A DNA stretch of 64,000 bases. It comes from Squalus acanthias (Eukaryota). The notes beneath the pieces were generated by a model that saw only the letters and a program-made list of their open reading frames with translations, had not been told where the DNA came from and did no database searches. Below, piece by piece: positions 12,152 through 24,175 of this stretch. Each line of letters begins with the position of its first letter. Within the stretch, counting starts at the first letter, position 1. The stretch spans positions 67,334,001-67,398,000 of the forward strand of contig CM059438.1 in NCBI GenBank assembly GCA_030390025.1. The letters run 5' to 3'. Both the position numbers and the translations under genes were made by a program.

Positions 12152-12815
12152 AAGAAAGAAAAGAAAGACTTGCATTTATATAGTGCTTTTCACGAACTCA
12201 GGACATCTCAAAGCACTTTACAGCCAATTGAGTACTTTTTGAAGTGTAGTTACATTTGTAATGTAGGAAACGAGGCAGCCAATTTGCGCACAGCAAGGTA
12301 CCACCAACAGCAGTTGGTTGAGGGATAAATATTGGCCAGGACAAGGACAGCAGGCGCATGGGAACACCACCACCTCCAAGTTCCCCTCCAAGTCACACAC
12401 CATCCTGACTTAGAAGTATATCACCGATCCTTCATCGTCGCTGGGTCAAAATCCTGGAACTCCCTACCTAACAGCACTGTGGGACTACCTTCACCACACG
12501 GACTGCAGCGGTTCAGGAAGGCGGCTCACCACCACCTTCTCAAGGGCAATTAGGGATGGGCAATAAATGCCGGCCTTGCCAGCAACGCCCACATCCCATA
12601 AACGAATTAAAAAAAACACCGAGGATAACTCCCCTGCTCTTCTTCGAATTGTGCCATGGGATCTTTTACGTCCACCTGAGGGGGCAGACGGGGCCTCAGT
12701 TGAACGTCTCAGCTGAAAGATGGCACCTCTGACAGTGCTGCACTCCCTCAGTACTGCTTTGAAGTATCAGACTCAATTCTGTGCTCATGTTCCTGGAGTG
12801 GGACTTGAACCTCCA
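12152..12815 (-). mobile_element. SacSINE1-like SINE interrupted by a LINE 3' fragment
   Basis: SINE ...attggccaggac|accgaggataact... is split by 12343-12616. Confidence 0.8.
12343..12616 (+). mobile_element. LINE 3' end (CR1/L2 superclade), putative partner of SINE family B
   Basis: RSFIVAGSKSWNSLPNSTV..FRKAAHHHLLKGN* followed by a short 3' UTR with AATAAA and an A-rich end. Confidence 0.75.
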
Positions 12816-12863
12816 ACCCCATTAGTTTTGAAATGGGTTCATACCGTCATTAAAGTAGGCAAA

Positions 12864-13057
12864 GGGGGTTATTTTAACTTTTATCACAGGGTGAAAACAC
12901 AGTTAATAGCGAATCAGACTTCCAGTGTACATCCCCAACCCCCAACTTTTTTTCCCATTAATGTCACCAGAAACGAAAATCTGACGGGGTAGCAAACGGG
13001 CGGCTGATTCACTATTGCCCATATTGTGCCCGCCAATAAAATTTAAAGTTACCCTCA
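12864..13057. mobile_element. Short old MITE
   Basis: Imperfect TIRs gggggttattttaa / ttaaagttaccctc. Confidence 0.4.
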
Positions 13058-14137
13058 AAGTAATCTGACGCAAACGCATTCATTATTTGTATACAAATAT
13101 CATCCACCATCATTTTAGGCTCGTGTATATTATTATGTGGCAGGTAGGTTGCCTGTTGGAAGCAGAAGGCGTCACTGGATATGAAATGATATCAATTGAT
13201 TTAATGGAAAAGACATTCGGGCGGAGTGTTCTACCGCCCAGGATAAGTTTCATCCCTAAAAGACTGCAAAGTTTCACATTTGTTAAGTACATTTAACTGT
13301 ATTGTGTGTGAGGCTTTTTCGAATAATATTAGTGCATGTTGCTAAATCCGTGTCGCCGTAGCCACATCTGTGGCGAGCCAATGATTTCATTTTTTTTGGC
13401 ACTTTTTTGGCACTTTTGTTTCAGAGGCCTCTGCTGCCTCCCCTTTCATTTTTGCACGCGTGCATTGTTTTAGTGCCTGCCCTTTTGAGAAGCGCATCAC
13501 ACGTGGGGAACAATTTCACTCGCTCCAGTGTTAAACAGAGCACTTGTTCCAAATGATTTGTTTTATCCTTTGTTGCCGTTCGCTGTTTTATGTGGTAGAC
13601 GATGTCGAACATTAATGGAACAAAGCCCCGAAAAACTGAATTCGAAACAAATGGCAACAGCTTGCACTCGTTGACATCAGAGAATGTCATGTTGCTGGGG
13701 ACATTAAACTGCTGAAGTGAGATCACAGCGCCGAGCAGCTGGAGGTGAGCGAGGCGAGCGATGAAAGCAAACAGTGGAATTTCGAACAACGAAAATCAAA
13801 GTGTAATTCGTGCCGATCAGCAAATTTGAGGTGGTTACATAAATTGGAGGGCTCTGTGGACCGGGAAAATCACAGGACCTGCGGTCATCAACCCAAGATT
13901 TGTGTAACTGTCTGGTAATCCACTCATTGTTATCCATTACTGTGTAACAACATATACAGAGCAGTTCATTTACCAGCAACAAGCTGTCAGAGAAATAATA
14001 CCAGCCACATGTTGCATACTTTCAGGTCCCACTTTACAAGCTTTTTTATGCGTTTACCTTTGTCGCTGTACTTCTATTCTTCAGCTCGGCTTGGCATATT
14101 TACTCTGTAACAGTAAGAAAAGTTGATGAAAAATACA

Positions 14138-14901
14138 GGCCTGGAGTGGAAATTCCGTTCGATTGCGCTGGTTTTCTCGGCGCGATTCCCCCGATAGCGG
14201 CATAACCGGCGCAAAAGATTGCGGAATTTTAAGCGCAAATTACGTTCAGCGCATCTCGAGTTTCGGCGATCTTTTGCGCTAGTTTTAAAAAACATGGCGC
14301 CAGAAGCAGGCCCCGCCCACAAAACTGGCCACGCCCCCAGGGTGAATCAATCACCATTGGGAACTTGTTTGCGGGCCTTCGAGGAGGCTCCAAAAATTAA
14401 GCTGGATCTTTTGGGCGCAAGGACACTAGTAGGTACGTTTTGAAAGGTTTTGAATTGAAACATTTTTTTAATTTACTAAGGATTTGACCACTGTACCCCG
14501 TTCTAACTAGAAAATAGTTTTGATATTTTTTTAAAGTCACTTTCAGTCATTTTAAATCGGGTTACTCACAGGCGGTGGATTGACACTGTGACTTAAAATG
14601 CTTATTTTTTGCAATAAACCCAATTTTAGCTGTATTGATCAAACTGCGACAACTCTCCACTCTTAAACATATCAAGGAATATTTTTTTAAAGCAAAATTC
14701 TTTTCAAAAAAATTGTTTTAAACGCTGCCCGATTGCGCTGGTTCCTGGCAGATTTTGCATCCGGCGAAATACAAATGAGTTTGAGCGGAAACTCGGCGGG
14801 GGGGGGGGCGGGGCGGGAAAAACACTTCTCAAAACAGGCCCAATTTTGGCCACAATTTGCGTCAGAATCGCCGATTGCGCCCAAAGCAGAAAGTCTACCT
14901 C
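14138..14901. mobile_element. CpG-rich non-autonomous DNA transposon (Harbinger-type ends)
   Basis: Flanked by ACA on both sides (14135-14137 and 14902-14904); GC-rich termini with repeated cgattgcgc and an AT-rich core; TIRs imperfect. Confidence 0.6.
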
Positions 14902-14925
14902 ACAATATTCAAATATACAAAATAT

Positions 14926-15112
14926 GTAGAATCATAGAATCATACAGCTCAGAAGGGGGCCATTTGGCCCATCGTGCCTGTGCCAGTTCTTTGAAAGAGC
15001 CGTCCAATTAGTCCCACCCTCCTGATCTTTCCCCCTGAGCCCTGCAAATTTTTCTGTTTTAATTATAGATCCAATTACCTTCAGAAAGTTACTATTGAAA
15101 CTGCTTCCAACA
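14926..15112 (-). mobile_element. CR1 LINE 3' end
   Basis: tagaatcatagaatcatacagc...ggccatttggcccatcg is the reverse of the CR1 tail and UTR. Confidence 0.8.
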
Positions 15113-15994
15113 CCATACCTTCACCGAAAACTAAATGCCAATGACTTCCTGGGTTTAATTCAGTTTTAGGGTTCTCCTGGATCTTAGCTTGATTGATTGA
15201 GCCCTGTAACTCGTTGACAGACAACTATTGCCATACGTTCTTGATATTTGTTGTGTTTCAGTAACCAGCCCTGGTATCTCTCCGGTATGAAGCAAGTCAT
15301 TCTGTGGCACTTGCCAAAATTCAAATCGCCCTCAAATGGGTGACTGCACATCACATCACTTTGCGCACTTTGCATCTCGGCCACACAAAAGCTGTGTCAC
15401 AGCGATATAGAAAACTAGCCCATTACAGCTTATGATAAAGGGATATATTTAACAGCTTTCCCTGCAGAAAATCTATATGTCCCTTCACCATGAGATTACC
15501 CGCTTCCTATCGGCTACACTACAGTTGGGTCTCGGGTGACATTAAAAAATCCCCTGACATCCTGATGCGAGTTCGCAGAGCACTGTGCACAAGGGTTTAA
15601 ATTCGCACACACAGAACTCCAGTTTGCCCGAGTGCAAAGTAGTACAAGACCGTCAGTATAACTTAGTGCTGTCTGCTTACACCACTCCAGGGCAGGTATT
15701 GGTATCAAACCAGCACTTGCAGAATAATAGGGCCATTAACGTGACCACATCCAGTTAAAAGGCTAGAGTTCTAAGAATCCCTTTTCATATTAGATTTAAT
15801 GTTACTTTGTGGGATATTCACCATCGCAGTTTACCTCATTATAACATGAAAATGATTGGTTCTCATCCTAATTTTGTATGAGTTGCAGCTTCTAATTCAG
15901 AGGCTTTGTGCCATGTTCAGGACTCTGGAGTAACACTTGCCCTTCCAGCTACATTAATGACGCTACCTGTATATAACTGCAAGTTGTTGACGAT

Positions 15995-16265
15995 AAAGAT
16001 TCCATGGCACTATTCAAAGAAGAGCAGGGGAGTATTCCCTATTGTCCTGGACAACATCTATCCTTTAACCAACATCTAAAACTGATGGTCTGGTAATTTA
16101 TTTAATTGCTGTATGTGGACCGTGCTGTGTGAAAATTGTCTGCCATGTTTCCCTACATTACAACAGTGACTACACTTCAAAAGTACTTCATAGGCCGTGA
16201 AGTGCTTTGGGACGTCCTGAGGTCGTGAAAGGCTCTATATTAATGCAAGTTATTTGTTTCTTTGT
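15995..16265 (+). mobile_element. SacSINE1-like SINE, 3' part
   Basis: aagattccatggcactattcaaagaagagcagggg ... ctacattacaacagtgactacacttcaaaagtac. Confidence 0.8.
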
Positions 16266-16775
16266 TTATAGAACATGATTCCATATAATTGTATTTTTGT
16301 GGATATTTTGACTCATGAATTAGTTATAAAAGGATTAGTAACCATCTTTAACTGTCTGATGAATACAGTAACAAATCTGTGATAAAATCAAAATGACAAG
16401 ATGACATTTTTATTAGTTTATTGTAAAAGTAAGTGTACTACAATTCCAAATGCCTCTTTAATTCCAAGGCTATGATATTCAGCATTAGAAATCAGCATCA
16501 GATTAATTTTTGAAGATGAAATATGAAAGGTAAATGCCTGGAGAAATGTTAAAGTCATCACTTGCTCAAAGAGTTCACTCAATGTTGAATGCAACATTGT
16601 CGTTGTGAAGTGTATCATAGGAAAGATGTCATTTAGGAGGGTTATATAATGGAAGTTAAAAAGAACAATAACTTGTATTTATATAGCGCCTTTAAAGTAG
16701 TAAAATGTCCAAAAGGCGCTTCACAGGAGTGTCATAAAACAAAATTTGACACCGAGCCACATAAAGAGAAATTAG

Positions 16776-16940
16776 AAATAACAACAGAAAACGCTGGAAA
16801 AACTCAGCAGGCCAGGCAGCATCCGTGGAGAGAGAAAGAGAGTTAACGTTTCAGGTCGATGACCTTTCGTCAGAACTGTGAAGAGCCGGAAATCAAATAG
16901 ATTTAAGGCCAGAGTAAAGCTGGGAAAAGGGGGAGGGGAT
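16776..16940 (-). mobile_element. Penelope-like element fragment with a 12-bp TSD
   Basis: Direct repeat aagagaaattag at 16764-16775 and 16941-16952; contains a hammerhead motif. Confidence 0.75.
16841..16877 (-). ncRNA. Minimal type I hammerhead ribozyme motif
   Basis: Minus strand reads AGUU-CUGACGA-A-AGGUC-AUC-GACCU-GAAA-C-GUU-AACU: conserved core, stem I AGUU/AACU, stem II AGGUC/GACCU, palindromic ACGU helix III region. Confidence 0.7.
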
Positions 16941-17245
16941 AAGAGAAATTAGGGCAGACTTGGTCAAAGACACAGGTCGCGATTTTATCATTGGAGGCGG
17001 TTTGGGTGTGGGTCAGGTGGTCGGCGGGTTCTGGTCCCGCCTCCGCTATCAGCCAGTCAGAAGTTGCGATTTTGAGTTAAGTGGCCTATTGAATCTCTGC
17101 GTGCGTGCTACCCGGCCCAATCAATGATTTCGGGTCTGCTGCTCGCCTCTGCTGATGTCTGTCAGCCAGCTGTATTTAAGGGACCCATGCAGCCTTGTTA
17201 TATTTTCATCCTTTTCTGCTGGTTCTCGTTTTGGCAATTGTACCC

Positions 17246-19470
17246 ATGACTGCTGCAAGAGCCAAGACCTCTCCCCGCTTTGATGATGACTCCCTCTATG
17301 ATCTTGTGGATGGAGTCAGAGGGCGCAAGGAGGTACTCTTCCCATCATCTGGATGGAGCCTGGCTGCAAATTGCTGAGGAGGTCAGCTCCAGATCGTCGT
17401 ATACTCGCTCCTGGGTGCAGTGCAGGAAAAGGTTTAATGACCTGGTACGCTCAGGAAAAGTGAGTATAACATCACACTTACCTTCAATCTGCTCCCCATC
17501 TCCTCTCATCACCAGCACCCTGCATTGTCAACCTACTCCTCCACATCCCACTTTACCCTCACATCCCTTGCACCTTTAACCATCCCTCTCTCTCTATGTA
17601 CAGAATCACTACACTATTGGACTATGCACCCCTCACACTCGCTATCACTGTTATGCAATGCCAACAACTAACAACGCACAGGGAGGGCCCTTGGTATTGG
17701 CACCTCACTCCACCTTTGTCTCCTTCTAAGCACCTATGCTATGGATTCTCTACACTCACTCCAACATTCTCACGCAAACTCCACTTGTGTCCCTCATTGC
17801 AGGAAAAGAAAGCCCACAATAAGAGGGAGAGGGCTAGGACAGGAGGAGGGCCACCTTCCATTGCTCACATGACCAACGCTGAGGAGGCTGCTCTCGAAAT
17901 CATCGGAGGTGCTGAGGATCTGGAAGTGGGGGACGGTCAGACGGGTGCAGCAGAGCAAGCTGGTGACAGAATAGATTTGCATCCCTCTCATTTACATTGC
18001 ATGAGTGACTGATATGGCATCTGATGTTCATACAGATTGAGTTATGATCATCTGCACAATTCGATGTGTATGCTACGTTAATATCACATGTCTAACTCAT
18101 GCCTTTACTCCCCCACAGGACCATCAAGAGCCCCCCCTCCCCACTGTCCAGGAGGAAGAGCCGGAAGACTCCTCAGAGGAAGCTGCAACCTCTGAGGGCA
18201 CAACATCAGCAGAATTAAACGCAATGAGCACCAGCGCAGATACACACACCTAGGTGAGTGCTTCGGGACATAGAGTAGTGTTGTCACCTGATGTATCACA
18301 GCTCACAAGTGAGCATCAGCAGATGGTGGAGACAGGGACAGCAGTGGAGAGTCCTCGTCGGAGGCTGCAGGGTGCTCCCAGCTCGGCTCAGCTGCATGTG
18401 GACCCTGTGACTCCGGGTCCATCCAGAAATAGAGCGGTGCTGGAACTCCAGGAACAAGTGCAGGAGTCTCTGGCAGGTTTTGCATCCAGGGTTACTGTGA
18501 GTGTGGAGAGGATGGAGGAGTCCATGTCTAATATGAGCAGTGCCTTTGTGGAGGCATTGGCGCATGAACCACCACGGATAGGATGGCAACCTCCGTGGAA
18601 AGGATGGCAACCTCCGTGGAAAGGATGGCTACGGTAGAGGAAAGGATGGCTACGTTCATGGAGGAAATAAGTCGCCAGAGTCAGGAAAACATGGTGAATG
18701 TTCAGAATAGATTGACATCTCTGGAGGAGCGATGGGCAGCTATTGAGCATAGAAACCAAAGCTTCATGGAAGTCCTTTTGAGAAGGACTGCCAGTGCAGA
18801 TACGGGTCCTCATGGCCCCCCTGATATGCAGCAAGGTGCTGTCCAGCCACTTGCTAGCACTGAAGTGGGGCTGACCCATGAGAGGGATGTTGGTGGCAGA
18901 GAACAAGGAAGTGTGGGGTCCTCTTCAAGCGCTAACACTCCCATGCCACTACGGAGCCCTCGGTCAGAGCCCCACCAGAGTCCTCATCCAACTGAGATGG
19001 AGGATAGATGGTCATCTATTGAGGAGAGGAACCAGAGGTACATGGACGTCCCTATTATGAGGACTGTCAGTACAGAGACGGGTCCTCATGGCCCCACTGA
19101 TGTGCAGCAAGGTGCTCCCCAGCTACTTGCTAGCAGTGAAGTGTGGGCGACCCATGAGAGGGATGTTGGTGGTCGACAACAAGGAAGTGTGTGTTCCTCT
19201 CCAAGCGCTCACACTCCCATACCACTGTGAAGCCCTCAGTCAGAGCCCCAGATTCCTCACCCAACTGAGATGGCCGTCTCAGCCCCTGCACAGCCGCAGG
19301 AGGAGCAGACTGTTGCCGAACCCTCTCAGGTTCACAAATCCAGAGGGCGCCCGCCAAAGGTGTCAAAGCAGGAGCAGCATGAAAGTGAGCAAGGTGCCTC
19401 CACATCTGCTGAAGCCGCAGGGGAAGCACCACGTAGAAGCAAGCATAAGAGGAAGATAAAGTACAAATAG
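17246..19470 (+). pseudogene. Harbinger Myb/SANT-like DNA-binding protein gene, 3 exons (17246-17459, 17803-17962, 18119-19470), disrupted
   Basis: PRFDDDSLYDLVDGVRGRKEVLF / AWLQIAEEVS..RSWVQCRKRFNDL, then EKKAHNKRERARTGGGPP; GT-AG sites match copy 2; frameshift in exon 1, stops and a frameshift in exon 3. Confidence 0.85.
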
Positions 19471-19745
19471 TCACAAGAGTAGTCACTTGGGTGTTCTGTT
19501 CTGTTATCTTTTGTTCTGTTTAATATTTGCCATTGTCATCCTTTTGTGTATGTATTAAACAAAAGTGATGGCAAACAGTTGAAGTTCTGGCCTATGTGTT
19601 CTGGGAAATGGAAGTTGCACATTGAGGGCTCAGGGCGACTTGCATTTGTAATGATGATGCTGAGAGTGATAGGAACCCACAGGTTCTTGTATATTGTGTA
19701 TGGTGTGATAAGAAGGTGCCAGCCACATGTGTCTGATTCATCTAC

Positions 19746-20979
19746 CTAAGTGAATCTGGCAAAGATTAATGCATCCCTTGCATCACAGGCAGCAATGTGC
19801 TCGCGTGCTGCTGGACCTGGCGCATCCGCTTCCGCAAGGTCCGCCTCCGCAAGGTCCGCCTCCTCCTCCTCATCCTCCTCCTCCTCATCCTCCTCCTCAT
19901 CCTCCTCCTCCTCCTCATCCTCATCCTCCTCCTCCTCATCCTCCTCCTCCTCCTCCTCCTCATCCTCCTCCTCCTCCTCCTCCTCCTCCTCCTCCTCCTC
20001 CTCCTCCTCATCCTCCTCCTCCTCCTCCTCATCTGAGGAGGCTGTGCGCTGAGTGACTTGTTCCTCAGGCAGCTGGAAGCCACGCTGCTGTGCGATGTTG
20101 TGCAGTGCACAGCAGACCATGATGATTCTGGAGACCCTGGCTGCTGAGTACTGTAGGGCTCCACCTGATCTGTCGAGGCATCTGAATCGCATATTGAGCA
20201 AGCCGATGGTTTGCTCGATGATGGCTCTGGTGGAAATGTGGCTGGCATTGTAGCACTCCTCAGCTTCGTTGGATGGGCTCCTCAACGGCATCATTAGCCA
20301 CGTCTTCAGGGGATAGCCCTTGTCTCCAAGTAGCCATCCGGAAAGTTGGGTTGGTGGATTGAAGAGCGGAGGCACACTAGACTGCCACAGGATGAACGAG
20401 TCATGGCAACTGCCATAGGTACTTTGCGCAAACATGCAAAATGTATTTCCTGTGGTTACACACCAGCTACACGTGGAGAAGTGGATGTAATTGTGTGCCT
20501 TTGCAAAGAGGGCATCGGTAGCCTGCGTGATGCAAGTGTGTGCGGCCGACTGGGAGATGCCACTGATGTCTGTTGATGATCCCTGGAAGGACCCTCAAGC
20601 AAAAATTTTGAGCGCGGTGGTGATTTTGACGACCACTGGTAAGGAGTGTCCACCCACTCCTCTGGGCTCCAGGTGTTGGTGCAGCATTGCGTAGATGTCA
20701 GCGACTACCTCTCGCGAAAGTCTCAGCCTCCTTTGGCACTGCTGCTCAGTCATGTTGAGGAAGCTCATCCTCGGTCTGTAAACCCTGTGTTGGGGGTGTC
20801 TCCTGTGGCAACGTGCAGGCCTGCGCTGATGCCCTCTGCCCTGTGCAGCATCAGGTGGGTGAGGAGGAGGTTGGCGCTCCTGTTGTTGCTGCTGCTTTTG
20901 TGCCTGGTTCTGCTGCTGCCACGACTGCTCTTCCTCTGATTCTGAGGACCAGGATGAGAGGGTATAAATGGTTCCCATG
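19746..20979 (-). pseudogene. Harbinger (HARBI1-like) transposase pseudogene
   Basis: [28 protein letters not shown] and CCALHN motifs; in-frame TGA at ~20595; internal deletion at ~20470 removes the IDCTH motif; further frameshift. Confidence 0.9.
19860..20031. repeat. (TCC/TCA)n trinucleotide tract encoding poly-Glu/Asp of the transposase C-terminus
   Basis: ~170 bp of TCC with interspersed TCA. Confidence 0.95.
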
Positions 20980-22284
20980 CTGCTGGTAGGTATGTCAGGT
21001 GAGGAATAGAAGTTATAAGCGCCCACTCAATGTGGGGAGAGGGTTTTCCCAGGAGGTCACAGTGGAGATGGATCTCACCTTCACCACTTACAAGCTCAGT
21101 AGACCTGCAAAAAGTTTTCCAAGACCTGAAAAAACAAAGTCTGTCATCTGTCAGTAAGCCTCGTTGAGAGCTCAGTTTTTATGCTGGAGCTGCAGCTGTC
21201 AAGAAGTCAGGCACTTGGTAAACTCGGCACAATCAGCTGGCGTGGTTTGGGAACAGCGTGGAACACGTTGAAAATGTGGTAAAATTGAAATACCCTGTTA
21301 AAATAGGCTTATCCAGCCCGTTAACAAGCAGTTAACTGCCTTAAGGGCCTCTCCCACCGCTTGGTGGCGGGACCGATCGAGACTCCCAAAACCGGCATTT
21401 GGCAAAGTAGCGTGGAGGCGGGTTGACGGCGGGATCGCAACCGATAAAATTGCAGCCATAGGTTTTAAGGAGTGTCTTAAAGGAGGAAAGAGAGGCGGTT
21501 TAGGGAAGGAATTCCAGAGCTTAGGGGGTAGGGCCAAGGCAGCTGAAGGCATGGCCGCCAATGGTTGAGTGATTATAATCAGGGATGCTCAAGAGGCCAG
21601 AATTAGAGGAGCACAGATATCTTGTGGGGTTGTGGGGCTGGAGGAGATTACAGAGATAGGGAGGGGCGAGGCCATGGAGGGATTTGAAAACAAGGATGAG
21701 AATTTTGAAATCGAAGCGTTGCTTAACCGGAAGCCAATGTAGGTCAGCGAGCACAGGGGTGATGGGCGAACAGGACTTGGTGCGAGTTAGGACACGGGCA
21801 GCTGAGTTTTGGATGATCTCAAGTTTACGTAGGGTAGAATGGGGAGGCAGCCAGGAGTGTGTTGGAATAGTCAAGTCTAGAGTTAACAAAGGCATGGAGG
21901 TAACAAGCTCCAGGTATATAAAACATTAAAGATAAACCCAGAATATTATTTTATAACAATCTAGGACAATAGGAACAAGGATATAAATTTAGATTTATGA
22001 AAAGTAAACTGGGAAGAATTGCTTTTCTCAAATGATGATAAATACTTACAATCATCTGCCTGTCAGAAAGTGCAGTCAAAAACATTGAACATGTTCAAAA
22101 TTCAGTTGGATGCTGTAATAGGAGAATTAAGATACTAAAGGGATATGGTTTGATGTGTCAAGTGACCTTTTCTTATCCTTTTCTTAGGTCTGTATGCTAA
22201 TCACTCTCTGGTCACTTTTAAGGATTACTATGGTCTGACAATGCAGCAATAATGGGACAGCATAGGAGGGGAGATAGATAGAAA

Positions 22285-22410
22285 GCACAAAATTGTAAAT
22301 GCTGGAAATCTGAAGCAAAAACGTAAAATGTTGGAAGCACTGAGCTGCTCAATCAGCATCTGTGGAGAGAGCAGACGAGTTAAAGTAAACCCTTCAGCCG
22401 AACTGGAATA
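22285..22410 (-). mobile_element. Decayed Penelope-like terminal repeat
   Basis: aaatgctggaaatctgaa..aaaatgttggaagcactgagc..cagcatctgtggagagag. Confidence 0.55.
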
Positions 22411-22517
22411 AAAAATTGCAGACAAACAGCACTTCAAAAATGCACACATACAGGAGAGGAATGACCCTGTGGAGTGCTTGAGAGGAAAACAGGAGATGGG
22501 TAAGTAGCTGAAAAATT

Positions 22518-22802
22518 GGCGTTGCCAACCCTCCCAGATTGTCCTGGAGTCTCCTGGAATTAAAGGTTCATCTCCTGAACACTCCTGCGAGCAATCCAGC
22601 AGAAAAATCGTAGGCACTTCTTCCTTCTCCTCATTTGATGTGATAGATACATAGAGCAGTTTTTGGACACAGAGTTTTGTGGGTACTGTTGTGGCCATTA
22701 TTGGCCAATTGATGTATCGGCCAACCAATGGCGGGACTATAGGGATGTGAGGTCATGTGATGAAACTTCCCGGATACGGTCTAACCAGACTTGCCAACCA
22801 TA
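22518..22802. mobile_element. hAT-like MITE remnant
   Basis: Starts with gttgccaaccctcc, resembling (TAG)GGTTGCCA-type termini; the right end is degenerate. Confidence 0.35.
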
Positions 22803-23827
22803 AGTTGAAACGATATGAACACCAATACAATAACAGGAGGCATACTACAATAATGAAAGAGATTTAAGAGACACAGAAGTGTGTGTGAATAGTTGAGATG
22901 GTAAGAGTGGGGGGAGGAGGGGCAAGGCAGATCTGAAACAGAAACAAAGGAGAAGCTGGCAAAGTGGAACAAGAAACTGGCAGACTCCGCCCACCCTTTA
23001 CAAGGTCGGTGACGTCAAGAGGCAGCCCGAGGGGTGGAGCAGGGGGTGGGGCCTATGCCAGGAGTCCCTGCGACCTAGGCTCAGTCGGGACCCGATTTAA
23101 TACTGCAGGCAGATAGGCTGAGAGCGATGTTACTTTCAGATAGGATCGCAACTTAAAAATAAAGAAAACATGAGACCTGCCCCTCACATAGGGGATCAAG
23201 AAAGTGCTGAATGGGGCTGGGTTCTGGACCACACCCCTGCTTTAAAGGTGGGCATGCACTAGATTGCCTCACTACATGGGGCAGGCAGGTACCATAGATG
23301 CAATGGCTCCATGCAAATGAAGTGCACTCCTAGTGACCCCACAAACTAACTCCAGGGAGGAAGGCGGGGTGGGGGAGGCGGGTGGGGGGTCAGTTTTGGA
23401 GGGCACTGGCAGGTATGATCCTGGTGTAACTGCCTGGATTTGTGGCCTGTGGTTTTTTTCAGGCCCAGCAGTCCACCTACCCTGCCAATCCAATTATCGC
23501 CTGCCCTTCTTTTTCCTTCGAATACTTTTAACATTGTTTAGAAAATGCAAAAACCATGAATCCCTCCAGATGCAGGAACTTGCCTATTTCCTTCCTGATA
23601 TCTCTTAAAACTTCATCTTTAAACATCTGCACTAACAATTTGCTCTTAGTGCTGATCACTCTTTTGTCGAAGTAGTTCTGTCTGAATTACCCATTTATTT
23701 TTATTTCTTTCATCTTGAAAATATACTTTCTAGTTCTGGAGCTCTGTAGGTAGCAGAAAATCATGTCTGTTTCTAATTATAATGTCCTTTCATAATTAAA
23801 ACTTCTATCAGGTCGCCCCTTCCTCCT

Positions 23828-24175
23828 TTTTGTAATTCATTCTCAGGATGTGGGCATTGCTGACAAGGCCGGCATTTATTGCCCAAGTTGACCTTGAGAC
23901 GTGGTGGTGGACCTTGTTCTTGAACTGCTGCAGTACGTGTGGTGAAGTTTGATATAACTGAGTGGCTTGCTAGGCCACTTCAGAGGGCAGTTAAGAGTCA
24001 ACCACTTTGGTATGGGACTAGAGTCACATATCGGCTGGACTGGCTAAGGATGACAGGTTTCCTTCCCTAAAGGACATTAGTTGGGTTTTTACGACAATTC
24101 AACAGATTCACGGTCACGTTTTACTGATACCAGCTTTTATTTCCAGATTTTTAAACTGAATTCAAATTCAGCCAC
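23828..24175 (-). mobile_element. tRNA-derived SINE family B (5'-truncated)
   Basis: Colinear with 6872-7271 (ggatgtgggc..aaggccggcatttattgccc..agagggcagttaagagtcaaccac..ccctaaaggacattag). Confidence 0.75.

Larger units (their letters stand above)
16975..21457. mobile_element. PIF/Harbinger DNA transposon, copy 1 (defective)
   Basis: TIRs ggtcgcgatttt / aaaattgcagcc; 3-bp TSD ACA/ATA; convergent Myb/SANT-like and DDE transposase genes. Confidence 0.92.
16660..21900 (-). mobile_element. L2 LINE 3' part, interrupted by a Penelope-like insert (16776-16940) and a Harbinger element (16975-21457)
   Basis: L2 tail at 16660-16775 continues at 16953-16974 and 21458-21900; ORF 21521-21895 reads QNSAARVLT..LADLHWLPV. 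Confidence 0.85.

Noticed and set aside
19750..20248. Poly-Ser, poly-Pro, poly-Leu and poly-Arg ORFs
   Set aside because: Alternative frames and strands of the (TCC)n tract in the transposase
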